Assembly: GCA_963748625.1 (NCBI GenBank)
Contig: CAVVJT010000002.1
Span: 192,001-256,000, forward strand
Length of the DNA: 64,000 nt
Reading direction: 5' to 3'
From: an uncultured Chloroflexia bacterium
GTDB taxonomy: Bacteria > Chloroflexota > Limnocylindria > Limnocylindrales > CSP1-4
How positions within the stretch are numbered: the stretch's first letter is position 1; the number at the start of each line of letters is the position of its first letter. Below the pieces are notes generated by a model that did not search any database, had not been told where the DNA came from, and saw only the letters and a program-made list of their open reading frames with translations. Below are positions 1-13,657 of the stretch, in pieces. Position numbers and translations under genes: made by a program.

Positions 1-1002
1 ATGCGCGTGCCGCCCGGTCCCGCGATCTCCAGCAGGGCGCCCGTCGCGAGGAGCACCGGGAGGAGGTCGCCCGCGGGCGACGCCGTCATGCAGTTGCCGC
101 CGATCGTGGCCCGGTTGCGGATGGCCACGGCACCCATCGTCGGTGGCGACCTCCGTCAGGACCGGGAGGGCGCCCGAGACGATGGTCGAGTGCCTCAGCT
201 CCTCCCACGCGGTGAGCGCGCCAAGCACCAGCTCGTCGTGCTGCACCGTGACGACCCGGAGGTCGTCGAGGTCCGAGAGGTCGAGCAGCGGTCGCTGGCG
301 CCTCGGGTCCGCGGCCACCTGGACCATGAGGTCCGTGCCGCCGGCGATGGGCCGCAGCAAGGGGTCGGCGGCGAGGCGTGCCAGCGCGTCGGGCAGGGAG
401 GTGGGCCGTACGAGCGACACCGCCGGCCCCAGCGACAGCGTCGCCGCAACCTCGAGGGCCGGGAGCCCACCGCCCGGAGCGGCCACGGCCGCCGCCGACG
501 CGACCACCGTCGCACCCGGCACGCCGTCGTCGGCCACCGCCTCGATCGATTCGATGATCCGCGTGTAGCCCGTGCAGCGGCAGAGGTTGCCCGCGATCGC
601 CTCGCGGATGTCCGGGTCGCCCGACGGCTGCCCCGAGGCGAGCAGCGCGTGGGCCGCCATCAGCATGCCCGGGGCGCACATGCCGCACTGCGTCCCGCCC
701 AGCTCCAGGAACGAGGCCTGGACCGGCGCAAGCCGGCCGTCGGTTGCGAGGCCTTCGATGGTGATCACATCGCGCCCGGCCACCTGGCCCACCGGCACCA
801 GGCAGCTGTTGACGAGCTCGCCGTCGAGCAGCACGGCGCACGCACCGCACTCGCCCTCGCCGCAGCCCTCCTTCGAGCCGGTCAGCCCGAGGTCGAGCCG
901 GAGTACGTCAAGCAGGCGGCGTCCGCCGTCGACCGACGCGGCCACGGGGCGGCCATTGACCGTGAAGCGGATCTTGGTTGCAGCCGGGAGGGTCGCGGTC
1001 AT
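1..1002 (-). CDS. Molybdenum hydroxylase (xanthine dehydrogenase family) fused 2x[2Fe-2S] + FAD-binding subunit; runs off the left edge; one apparent frameshift near 145
   Basis: Manual translation from ATG 1002: MTATLPAATKIRFTVNG...GSKEGCGEGECGAC...NSCL...QCGMCAPG...GNLCRCTGY, then in frame ...PIAGGTDL... and, after a 1-nt shift, RNRATIGGN..ASPAGD. Its ATG overlaps the TGA of the upstream gene. Absent from the ORF track because it has no stop in the window. Confidence 0.9.
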   Translation of the reverse strand, partial: MTATLPAATKIRFTVNGRPVAASVDGGRRLLDVLRLDLGLTGSKEGCGEGECGACAVLLDGELVNSCLVPVGQVAGRDVITIEGLATDGRLAPVQASFLELGGTQCGMCAPGMLMAAHALLASGQPSGDPDIREAIAGNLCRCTGYTRIIESIEAVADDGVPGATVVASAAAVAAPGGGLPALEVAATLSLGPAVSLVRPTSLPDALARLAADPLLRPIAGGTDLMVQVAADPRRQRPLLDLSDLDDLRVVTVQHDELVLGALTAWEELRHSTIVSGALPVLTEVATDDGCRGHPQPGHDRRQLHDGVARGRPPPGAPRDGRPAGDRGTGRHAH

Positions 1003-3248
1003 GCGTCGGCCTCGGTCCCGGGCCCGTCGGCTTCGGCTCCGGCCTCCAGCATCGCGTCGAGCACCTTCTCCGGTGTCGCGGGGAGATCGTCGATCCAGGC
1101 CCCCGTCGCGTCGTGGATCGCCGCGATCACCGCTGGTGCCGGGATGTCCATCGGCAGCTCGCCCAGGCCCTTGGCGCCGTGCGGGACACCGGAGAACGGG
1201 CGCTCCACGATCACCGTCTCGATCCGCGGGGCGTCGAGCGCCGTGGGGATGAGGTAGGTGCTGAGCCGGTCGTTGCGGTAGGCCCCGTCGCGGGTCTGGA
1301 CCTCCTCGATGGTGGCGTAGCCGACCGCCTGGAGCGTGCCGCCCTCCACCTGGCCTTCCGCGAGGACCCGGTTCACGATCCGCCCCGCGTCCACGGCCTG
1401 CACCACGCGAGCGGACCCGGACCTCGCCGGTGTCGCGGTCCACGTCCACCGCGGCCACGGCGCACGCCCAGCTGTAGGCCGGGTAGGCATCGCCACGGTA
1501 GGTGGCATCGTCCCAGGTGATGTCCGGGAAGCCGTGGAACTGCTCCGTGGCCGTCAAACCGCCATGGGCGACCGCGTACTCGCGGTACGACGCCGCGAAG
1601 GGGCGCCCCGTGACCGCTTCCACGTCCGCGCGCAGGTGTGCGGCCGCGGTCGCGAGCAGTCCGCCGCCGATCATCGTCGTCCGCGAGGCGACTGTGGGTC
1701 CCGTGTTGGGCACGCGCGACGTGTCGACCTTGACCACCTCCACGGCATCGAAGGGCACGTCCAGCGCCTCGGCCACCACCTGCGCCAGCACCGTGCGCGC
1801 GCCCTGCCCCATCTCCGTCATGGCGGTCAGGGCCAGGATCTCGCCCTCTGCGGTCAGCTCCACGGTCGCGATGCTCGCGAGGTACGCCTCGCCGGAACCA
1901 GTGAAGCCGGCCCCGTGCCAGCCCAGGGCGATCCCGATGCCCGAGGCCGACCGCGCGTCGGGCCCGGCGGCAGCCGCCTCCGCGTCGTGGCGCGCGCGCG
2001 ACCCGCTCGAACTCCGCGGTGGACGCGGCGGCCTCCAGCACGTCGAGCGCGGCCACGCTCTCGCGCAGGACCTGGCCCGTGGCCGTGACGTCGCCCTCGC
2101 GGTACGCGTTGCGCCGGCGGATCTCCAGGGGCGACATGCCCAGCGCTTCGGCGATGCGGTCGAGATGGGTCTCCGCGGCGAACTCCGCCTGGGGAGCCCC
2201 GAAGCCGCGGAACGCGCCGTTGGGCGGGGTGTTCGTCATGGCCGCCCGTGCGCGCACCCGGACGTTCGGGCAGCGGTAGGGACCCGTGGCGTGGATGCCG
2301 CCGCGCGACACCACCACCGGCGAGACGGTGGTGTAGGCCCCCGCGTCGAGGACGAACTCGATGTCCTGGGCGACGAGCGTGCCATCGCGCATCACGCCGG
2401 TCCGGTGGCGGGTCACGGACGGGTGCCGCTTCGTGGTGGCGGCGAGGTCCTCGTGGCGGTCGTACACGATCCGCACCGGCCGGCCCGCCTTGCGGGCGAG
2501 CAGCGCGGCGTGGGTCGCGATCATCGACGGGTAGTCCTCCTTGCCGCCGAACGCGCCGCCGGTCTCCTCCTGGATCACCACCACCTTGTCGGCAGGCAGG
2601 TCCATGGACCTGACCAGCGCCGTGTGCACGTAGTACGGGCATTGGAGGGAGCCGTGGATCTCGATGCCGCCGTCCTCACGCGGGATGGCGATCATCGCCT
2701 GCGGCTCGATGTACAGCCTGCTCCTGGTAGCCGGTGGTGTAGGTGCCCTCGATCACGAGGTCGGCTGCCGCGAAGCCCGCCTCGAGGTCGCCCTTGGTGA
2801 TCTCGAACCGCTTGCAGGCCTCGGTGGACGCGAGCGGGTCCAGGACGGCAGGCAGCGGTTCCGTGCGCAGGCGGATCGCATCGCGTGCCGCCCGGGCCAG
2901 CCCCGGATCCGGTGCCGCGACCAGCGCCACGGGCTCCGTCACGTGCCGGATCTCGTCCGCCACCAGCGCCGGCTGGTCCAGCGCCAGCGACGCGACGACG
3001 TTCTCACCCGGGATGTCGGCCGCCGTCACGACCACCACCTGCGACCAGTCGAAGGCCGGGTCGAGGTCGATCCCGAGCAGCCGCGCATGCGCCTCGGTGG
3101 CGCGCACGGTCGCGCCGTACCACGCCCCCGGCACGACGAGGTCGTCCGTGTAGAGGGTGACGCCGGTCAGCTTGTCTGCGCCCTCGCGCCGGAGGGGGTC
3201 GGCCCGAACCACCCCCACCCGGCCCGCGGCGTCTGCCACGGTGCTCAT
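999..3248 (-). CDS. Xanthine dehydrogenase family molybdopterin-binding subunit (apparent frameshifts near 2715, 1990, 1410)
   Basis: Pieced from ORFs 2676..3689, 1373..2695 and 999..1508: [46 protein letters not shown]. Confidence 0.9.
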
Positions 3249-3341
3249 GGCGCGAGCATGGGGCACGGCGCGGGTCGTCCGCAAGGTCGAATGTCCCGGC
3301 TTGGACCGCCACCTGTCGCGCGGGCGCGGTCGCCGCCGCCT

Positions 3342-3361
3342 TACCATTCGCGTGGTAGGAT
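3342..3361 (+). promoter_or_regulatory. Probable antitoxin operator (TACCA-N6-TGGTA) overlapping an extended -10 (TGgTAGGAT), 7 nt before the ATG
   Basis: Palindrome 3342-3357; TAGGAT 3356-3361; no SD before ATG 3369. Confidence 0.55.
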
Positions 3362-3368
3362 CCGTGCC

Positions 3369-3611
3369 ATGAAGACGACCATTGACAAGGCAGGCCGCCT
3401 CGTCATCCCGCGCACGCTCCGCGACCGGATCGGCCTCGCAGGCGGTGGCGAGGTGGAGATCGAGCTTGACGGGGCCGCGATCCGGATCGAACCGGTTGGC
3501 GGCAGCGGGCTGCGCAAGGACGGCGACCTGCTCGTCATCCCCGCGTCGGGCACGCCACTGACCGCGGCTGCCGTGCGGGAACTGCTCGATGCCGACCGGC
3601 ATGGACGCTGA
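3369..3611 (+). CDS. vapB: AbrB/MazE/SpoVT-family antitoxin (VapB)
   Basis: MKTTIDKAGRLVIPRTLRDRIGL..GEVEI swapped-hairpin signature; overlaps the PIN gene. Confidence 0.85.
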   Translation: MKTTIDKAGRLVIPRTLRDRIGLAGGGEVEIELDGAAIRIEPVGGSGLRKDGDLLVIPASGTPLTAAAVRELLDADRHGR

Positions 3612-4026
3612 CACGGACGAGGTCCTCTTGCTCGACACCAGCGCGGCAATCGCACTCATCGTCGAGGACCATGAGGCCCACACAGTCACGCTCGAGGCCG
3701 TCCGCGGTCACCGCCTGGGCCTCGCCGGGCATGCCTGGTTCGAGACGTACTCGGTCCTGACGCGCCTGCCCGGCGCCCTCCGCCGCTCCCCGGCTGACGT
3801 CGCCGCCCTCCTCGCCCATGACTTCCCGGCGTCCGTGTTCCTCGCCCGCGAGGACGCGGCGGAACTCGGCCCTGAGATGGCCCGGCTGGGTATCACGGGC
3901 GGCGCCGTGTACGACGCCCTTGTCGGCGCGACGGCCCGGCAGCACGGGCGACTGCTCGTGTCGGGCGATGCCCGGGCGCGCGGCGTCTACGAGGCGCTCG
4001 GCGTCCGCCTCCGGCTCACTGGCTGA
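3601..4026 (+). CDS. vapC: PIN-domain toxin VapC
   Basis: LLLDTSAAIA, ETYSVLTRLP, YDALVGATA, LVSGD: PIN acidic residues present. Confidence 0.88.
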   Translation: MDADTDEVLLLDTSAAIALIVEDHEAHTVTLEAVRGHRLGLAGHAWFETYSVLTRLPGALRRSPADVAALLAHDFPASVFLAREDAAELGPEMARLGITGGAVYDALVGATARQHGRLLVSGDARARGVYEALGVRLRLTG

Positions 4027-4073
4027 GGAGGTCCGAGGGCCGGTCCTTCACGGTCCCGACGGCGGGTGGTGCG

Positions 4074-5617
4074 CTAGGCGCCGGTCTTGATCTCCCGCAG
4101 GCGGCTGGGGAAGCGGGCCAGCGTGGCGATCGACCGCGTCGAACTCGCGGGAGTCGATGCACTCGCCGATCTTGTGCACGTTCTGCTCGATGCCCACCCC
4201 GATGCCGATCATCGGCGGGTACGTGTGGGTGCCGTCGAACACCCAGTCCTTGCCGTCGCGGTTGGGCAGCGTGGGGTCATCGGGCGGGACCGGGAAGCCC
4301 ACGCCGTCCGTGGAGAAGATCCAGCGGCCCACGCGCGGGTCCTTGTGGAGTGAGCCGTTGCCGGTGGTGAGCTCCACGATCGGCGTGGCGCAGGCGGCGT
4401 ACGCGTCCACCGCGGCGCGGACCGCCGCGTGCTCTGCGGGCGTGACCCAGCCGGGGTAGATCTGCGCGTTGTCGGCCTTGGTCCCCTTCCAGGACGGGCG
4501 GTCGTAGTACGGCGCCCGGACCTCGACGCGGCAGCCGGCCTCGCGGGCGGCGGCCACGGACGGCATCCCCTCCACGGCCGCGAGCGCCGCCTGCGGATCC
4601 TCGCCCGCGGTCAGGCGCCGGTCGAAGCGGAACGTGAAGCGCTCGGGGACAGCGCAGTCCGACGGGGTGTCGAGCTTGGCCCACGACGCCGTGCGGGTGC
4701 CGCCGCCGAGGAACGGGTCGACGCCCATGTCCACGCCGTCGCGGTAGCGGGCCGCAGCCTCGACCAGGATCGGTGCGCCCAGCTCGAGCGGGTTCCGACC
4801 CTCCCAGGGCATGGAGCCGTGGCAGCTCTTGCCGGTGACCTCCACCTCGATCTGCATCCGGCCGCGCTGGCCGCGGTAGATGCCCGCCGCGCCGTCGTTG
4901 GCGCAGCCGGTGCCCTCGGTCAGGACGTAGGCGTCGGGGATGAGCTCGGGGCCGGCGTTGGGCCACTCGTGCCGGCGGACGTGCATCATGCTGCCGCCGT
5001 CGTTGTCCTCCTCGGCCACGGTGCGCGTAGCTGCGGACGATGACGCCGCGCAGGGACCCGAGCGACTTGGTCTCCGTCAGCACCTTGGACGCGACCACCT
5101 GGCTGACCACGCCCGAGAGCTGGTCGGCGGCGCCGCGGCCCCAGACGAGGTGGTGCCACTCGTCGTCGGGCGGCAGGAAGCCAAGCTCGGAGCGCAGGAA
5201 CTCGCGGTTGAGCTTGCTCTCGTCCACGAGGCCGTCGAACGGGTCGAGGCCGCCGGTGGCCTCGTGCCAGCGGTCGCGCAGCGGCCAGACGGTGTCCGTG
5301 TGGCCGTCGAAGTAGACGACCGTCTTCTCGGCGTCGGGGATGCCGTCCTCGCGGTCCATCAGCACCCAGGTGAGGTTGCCGAAGTCGTCGAACCAGGCGT
5401 CCTCGGGCCGCTCGACGGCACCGATCCGCACGAGCGTCTGGCGCAGGTACTCCACCCGCGGGCCCTCGTGGTTGGAGGTGCCGCACAGCGGATCGCCGCC
5501 CTCGTCGACCGGCTTGTCCACGTAGTCGGCGGGGACGCGGATCGTCTCCTTGAGGATCTCGATCGCGAGCGGACGGTACGCGCGGGAGAGCTCGGAGATC
5601 TTGGCTTCCAGGGTCAT
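4074..5617 (-). CDS. ygeY: YgeY-like M20 metallo-amidohydrolase (apparent frameshifts near 5020 and 4135)
   Basis: DGHTDTV, GRGAADQ, EEDNDG, IYRGQRGRMQIEVEVTGKSCHGSMP, WIFSTDGV match YgeY-family motifs; adjacent to ygeW. Confidence 0.8.
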
Positions 5618-5690
5618 CGATGGGGCCTCGCTGGGTGGGTGGCTGGGTCGGCGTTCGGGTTGGTCGAGGGGATCGGGACGCTGGTTGGGA

Positions 5691-6834
5691 TCAGGATGCC
5701 GCAGCGCGGACGAGCGCCGCAGCGAGATCGTGCGACTTGGCCGCGGCGAGCAGGGCCATGATCGCGTAGACCTTCTTGTTCGCCTCGCGGGCGAGATCGA
5801 CGCGGAACCGCTCCATGACGGGCGCGCTGACCTCGGCGCCGATGTCGGCGGGCAGGCAGTGCATGTAGAGCCCAGCGCCGTCGCGGGTGATCTCCATCAG
5901 CTTCTCGTCGCAGATCCAGTCCGTGTGGGCCGCGTTGCGCTCGAGCGCGCGCCGCTCGATGTCGCGCATCGCGTCGGTGTCCTTCGCCCGGTTGGCGGCG
6001 ACCCGCTCGGTCATGAGGTCGAACGGGCCCCAGCTCTTGGGGTAGACGACGTCCGCGCCTGCGAAGGCGGCGTCCATGTCGTGCATGACCTCGAAGGAGC
6101 CGCCGGACGCCTCCGCGTTGGCCCGGGCCGCCGCGAGCGGCTCGTCCATGAGCTGGTAGCCGTCGGGGTGGGTGAGGCGGACGTTCGCCCCGAAGCGGGT
6201 CATGAGCGTGACGATGCCCTGCGCGACCGAGAGCGGCTTGGCATAGCTGGGCGAGTAGGCCCACGACATCGTGATCGTGCGGCCCGCGAGGCCGTCGGGG
6301 AACCTCTCCCGCAGCCAGAGCAGGTCCGCGAGCGCCTGGGTCGGGTGGTCGATGTCGCACTGGAGGTTGACCACCGGCACGACGCGCTCGTCGCCGGTGG
6401 CGGCGAGGTAGTCGTCGATGCCCTGCTTGGCATCGCGCATGAAGCGGTTGCCCTCGCCCAGGATCAGGTCGTGGCGGATGCCCAGGGCATGGGCGTTCAT
6501 GCCCAGCATCGCGCCCGGTCTCCACGGACGTCTCGCCGTGGCTGACCTGGGTGGACGAGCCGTCCACGATCACCGGCGCCCCGCCGAAGCGCGCCGCGGC
6601 GCCCGCCCAGGACGACTTGGTGCGCGTGGAGTTGTCGAAGAAGAGCGCCCAGAACAGTTGCTGCGCGAACAGCGGCGGGACCTTGCCCACGGCGTCCAGC
6701 TGCTGGAGCGTCTCGGCCAGCGTGCACAGCGTCTCGATCTCGGGCGTGCTCCAGTCCTGGGTGAGCAGCATGCTGCGCCCGTGGAGGGCGTCGAGCGCCG
6801 CGGCGTCGAGGCGGGCAAGGGCGGGGACCGGCAT
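5691..6834 (-). CDS. ygeW: YgeW-like knotted carbamoyltransferase (apparent frameshift near 6515)
   Basis: FFDNSTRT, NLQCDIDHPTQ, SWAYSPSYAKPLSV, DVVYPKSW, YMHCLPAD. Confidence 0.85.
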
Positions 6835-6836
6835 CG

Positions 6837-9751
<2,915 letters not shown>

Positions 9752-9921
9752 GCACATCCTCCGCACAACGACGTCCGCACCGGGCGTGCGATGCCCGGGC
9801 GCTCAGTTGGTTCGGGCCACACGGCACGCGCAGACCCGGACCGATCGTTCCTACCATCCAAGCCCGGAGCGCTGTGGCATAGGGCCAGACGGTCCGACGC
9901 TGGCGTCTGCAAGGGGGTCCG

Positions 9922-12615
9922 ATGGACTTCACGTTGAACGGCCGCACGGTCGAGCTCGACATCGATCCCGGCGAGTCGCTGCTCCACGTCCTGCGGGAGC
10001 GGTGCGGCCTGCGCTCGATGAAGGACGGCTGCGCGCCCGAGGGCTCGTGCGGCGCGTGCACCGTGATCGTGGACGGCCATGCGGTCGTGTCCTGCGCGCA
10101 GCCCGCCGACGCGTGCGGACGGACGCGTGATCGAGACGATCGAGGGCCTGCCGGCCCCGCATCGCGGACCTCTGGGCCGATGCGTTCGTGGCCACCGGCG
10201 CCTCGCAGTGCGGCTACTGCTCGCCCGGCATCGTCATGAAGGCCGAGGCACTCCTGCGCCGCGAGCCCGCCCCGACGCGCGAGGCCATCGCCCGCGCGCT
10301 GGCGGGCAACCTGTGCCGCTGCACCGGCTATGTCCCGATCATCGACGCGATCGCGCTGGCCGCCGCCGTCCGCCGGGGTGACGCAGCTGGCGTGGAGCCC
10401 GTACCGGGGCCGCGCTACGAGGGCCGGGAGCTGGCCCTGGGCGAGAAGCCCTTCGTGGGCGATCTCGTAGCGCCGGGCATGCTCCACGGGGCGCTGCGCT
10501 TCGCCGGCGTCCCGCGCGCGCTCGTCCGTTCCATCGACACGGCGGCGGCGCGCGCAGTCCCGGGCGTGGTGGCGGTGGTGACCGCAGCCGATGTCCCCGG
10601 CCGTCGCGAGCAGGGCCTCATCCGGCCGGACTGGCCGCTGCTCGTCGCCGAGGGCGAGATCGTCCGGTACGTGGGCGACGTGCTGGCCGCGGTCGCCGCC
10701 GAGACGCGGGAGATCGCCGCCGCGGCCGCCGCGCTCATCGAGGTGGAGCTGGAGCCCCTTCCCGCCGTCACCGATCCCTTCGCGGCCCTCGCCGACGACG
10801 CGCCCGCAGATCCACGAGGGCGGCAACGTCCTGTCCCGCTCCGTCGTCCGGCGTGGCGATGCGGACGCGGCCCTGGCGGGCGCCGCCCACGTCGCGAGCG
10901 GGAGCTTCAAGACCGCCGCCATCGAGCACGCCTTCCTGGAGCCCGAGGCGGCCCTCGCGGTCCCGCAGGGCGCCATCGGCCCCGACGGCGGGACCGTCAC
11001 GGATCACCGGGTCCACGTCTACTCGCCCGGCCAGGGCGCCTGGGAGGACCGCCGCCAGGTCGCGTCGTTCCTGGGGCTGCCGGCGGCCGACGTCCTCGTG
11101 ACCCAGGTCTCCACCGGCGGCGCGTTCGGCGGCAAGGAGGACCTCAGCGTCCAGGGCCAGGCGGCGCTGCTCGCGGTGCGTCACCGGGCGCCCGGTGCTG
11201 CTCAAGCTCACCCGCCGCGAGAGCATGCGGTTCCACGTCAAGCGCCACCCGATCTGGCTGGACTACACCGCGGGCTGCGACGCGGAGGGCAACCTGGTCG
11301 CGGTCCAGGCGCGCATCATCGGCGACAACGGCGCCTACGCCAGCGTGGGCGGCAAGGTCCTGGAGCGCGCTGCGGGCCATGCCTGCGGCCCGTTCCGCGT
11401 CCCGAACGTGGACGTGGAGGCCACCGCGGTCTACACGAACAACCCGCCGTCGGGCGCCATGCGCGGCTTCGGGGCGAACCAGGCCGACTTCGCGCTCGAG
11501 GGTGTGCTCGACATGCTGGCCGAACAGGCGGGCATGGACGGCTGGGACTTCCGCTGGCGCAACGCGCTCGACGTGGGCGACCGGACCACGACGGGCCAGA
11601 AGCTGGGCGAGGGCGTGGGCGTCCGCGCGACGCTGCTCGCGGTCAAGGACGCGTACAAGGGCGCGCGCTACGCGGGCATCGCGTGCGCGATCAAGAACGT
11701 GGGCGTGGGCAACGGTCTCAAGGAGCGCGGCTGCGCCGTCCTCCATCCCGAGGCTGACGGCACCGTCACGCTGTTCCACTCCTGGACCGAGATGGGCCAG
11801 GGCTGCCACACCGTCTTCCGCGATCTCGCCGCTTCCGAGCTGGGGTTGGACCCGGGCCGGATCCGCGTCGTCGTGGACACCCACCGCGAGCTGGACACCG
11901 GCGAGACCACCTCGTCGCGGGCCACGATGCTGGGCGGGCGCGCAGTCCTCGCGCGCCTGCGCGGCGCTGCGGGCGGAGCTGGACGCGGGTGCCCGCCTGG
12001 AGGACCTTGCCGGGCAGGACTTCGCGGGCGAGCTGGTCGTGGACTGGACCACGAAGCTCGAGGCCGATGTCGCCGAGCCGGTGACGCACTTCGCCTACGG
12101 TTGGGCGACCCAGGTCGTGATCCTCGACGACGAGGGCCGCGTGGAGCGGATCGTCGCGGCGCATGACGTGGGCAAGGCGCTCAACCCGGTGCTGCTGCGC
12201 GGCCAGGTCGAGGGCGGCGTCCACATGGGCCTCGGCATGGCCCTGACCGAGGCGTTCGAGACGGTCGACGGCATCCCCGTCACCGACACGCTCAAGTCGC
12301 TGGGCATCATCCCGGCGGCCGCGATGCCCCCGGTGGAGACGATCCTCGTCGAGGTGCCGCAGCCCGAGGGTCCGTTCGGGGCCAAGGGGATGGGCGAGGC
12401 GGTCCTCGTCCCGACCGCTGCCGCCGTCGCGGGCGCGCTGTACGCGTTCGACGGCGTCCGCCGGACCAGCACGCCGATGCGGGACTCGCCCGCGGCCCGG
12501 GCGCTGCTGCCCAGGCTCGCCCGCGAGGCGTCGAAGGCGGCCAAGGCGACGGCGCCGGGATCGACGGCGCCGGGATCGACGGCGCCGGGATCGACGCGCA
12601 GGAGGGGAGTCCTGA
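9922..12615 (+). CDS. xdh: Single-chain [2Fe-2S]+molybdopterin hydroxylase of the selenium-dependent xanthine dehydrogenase type (apparent frameshifts near 10120-10165, 10805, 11180, 11950)
   Basis: [70 protein letters not shown]; directly upstream of ssnA-ygfK. Selenium dependence is inferred from family and context only. Confidence 0.85.
12547..12596 (+). repeat. 15-bp tandem repeat x3 (CGACGGCGCCGGGAT) encoding (TAPGS)3
   Basis: Directly visible at the xdh/ssnA junction. Confidence 0.9.
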
Positions 12616-13637
12616 TGTCGGCCGTCACCCCGGGCCTCGTCTGCGCCCACCACCACCTGTACTCGGCGCTGGCCCGGGGGATGCCCGCCCCGCCCAAGGT
12701 TGCCACGAGCTTCCAGGAGATCCTCGAGCAGGTCTGGTGGCGCCTGGACACGGCCCTGGACCTGGAGATGATCCGCTGGTCGGCGATGCTCGGGGCGCTC
12801 GAGGCCCTCGAGAACGGGACCACCGCGATCATCGACCACCACGAGTCGCCGAACGCGATCGAGGGCAGCCTCGACGTGATCGCCGCGGCGTGCGCCGAGG
12901 TCGGCGTCCGCTCCGTGCTGGCCTACGGGATCACCGACCGTCACGGGCCCGACGGCGCCCGGCGCGGTCTCGCCGAGAACGAGCGCTTCATCCGGGCCGG
13001 CGGCCGGGGCCTGGTGGGGATCCACGCCGCCTTCACCTGCTCCGACGCGTCCCTGCGCGCCGCGGCCGACCTGGCGGCGGACCTGGGCGTCGGGGTCCAC
13101 GTGCACGTGTGCGAGGGCGTCGGCGACATCGACGCACCGGCGCGGCTCGCGGGCCTCACCCGCGACGACTGGCTGCTGGCGCACTGCGTCCACCTGCCGA
13201 CCGACCACGCGCTCCGCGGGACCATCCTCCACAACCCGATGTCGAACCTGAACAACGCCGTCGGCTACGCGAACCCGGCGCGCTTCGACAACCCCGTGGC
13301 GCTGGGCACCGACGGCATCGGCGGCAACGTCCTCGAGTCGTTCCGGCTGGCCTACGTCATGCAGCGTTCCGTGGACGTCACCTGCGGGCCGGGGACGGCC
13401 TGGTCCTGGCTGGAGACGGGCTGGGACCTCGTGCCCGAGGCGCGCGATGACGAGGTGACCTGGTCCTACGACCCCATGGATCCGTGGCACATCGCCTTCA
13501 CGCCGGGGATCCGGCCACTCCGCGTCGTCGTCGGCGAGGAGGTTGTCTTCGCCGATGGCCGGCCCACGCGGGTCGATGCCGACGAGATCCGTGCCAAGGC
13601 CCGTGAGCAGGCCGCTCGCCTGCACGCCCGGCTCTGA
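12615..13637 (+). CDS. ssnA: SsnA-like amidohydrolase (short form)
   Basis: [56 protein letters not shown]; AGGAGG and TGATG at 12600-12617. Confidence 0.85.
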   Translation: MSAVTPGLVCAHHHLYSALARGMPAPPKVATSFQEILEQVWWRLDTALDLEMIRWSAMLGALEALENGTTAIIDHHESPNAIEGSLDVIAAACAEVGVRSVLAYGITDRHGPDGARRGLAENERFIRAGGRGLVGIHAAFTCSDASLRAAADLAADLGVGVHVHVCEGVGDIDAPARLAGLTRDDWLLAHCVHLPTDHALRGTILHNPMSNLNNAVGYANPARFDNPVALGTDGIGGNVLESFRLAYVMQRSVDVTCGPGTAWSWLETGWDLVPEARDDEVTWSYDPMDPWHIAFTPGIRPLRVVVGEEVVFADGRPTRVDADEIRAKAREQAARLHARL

Positions 13638-13657
13638 CCACCACGAGGGACCACCCG

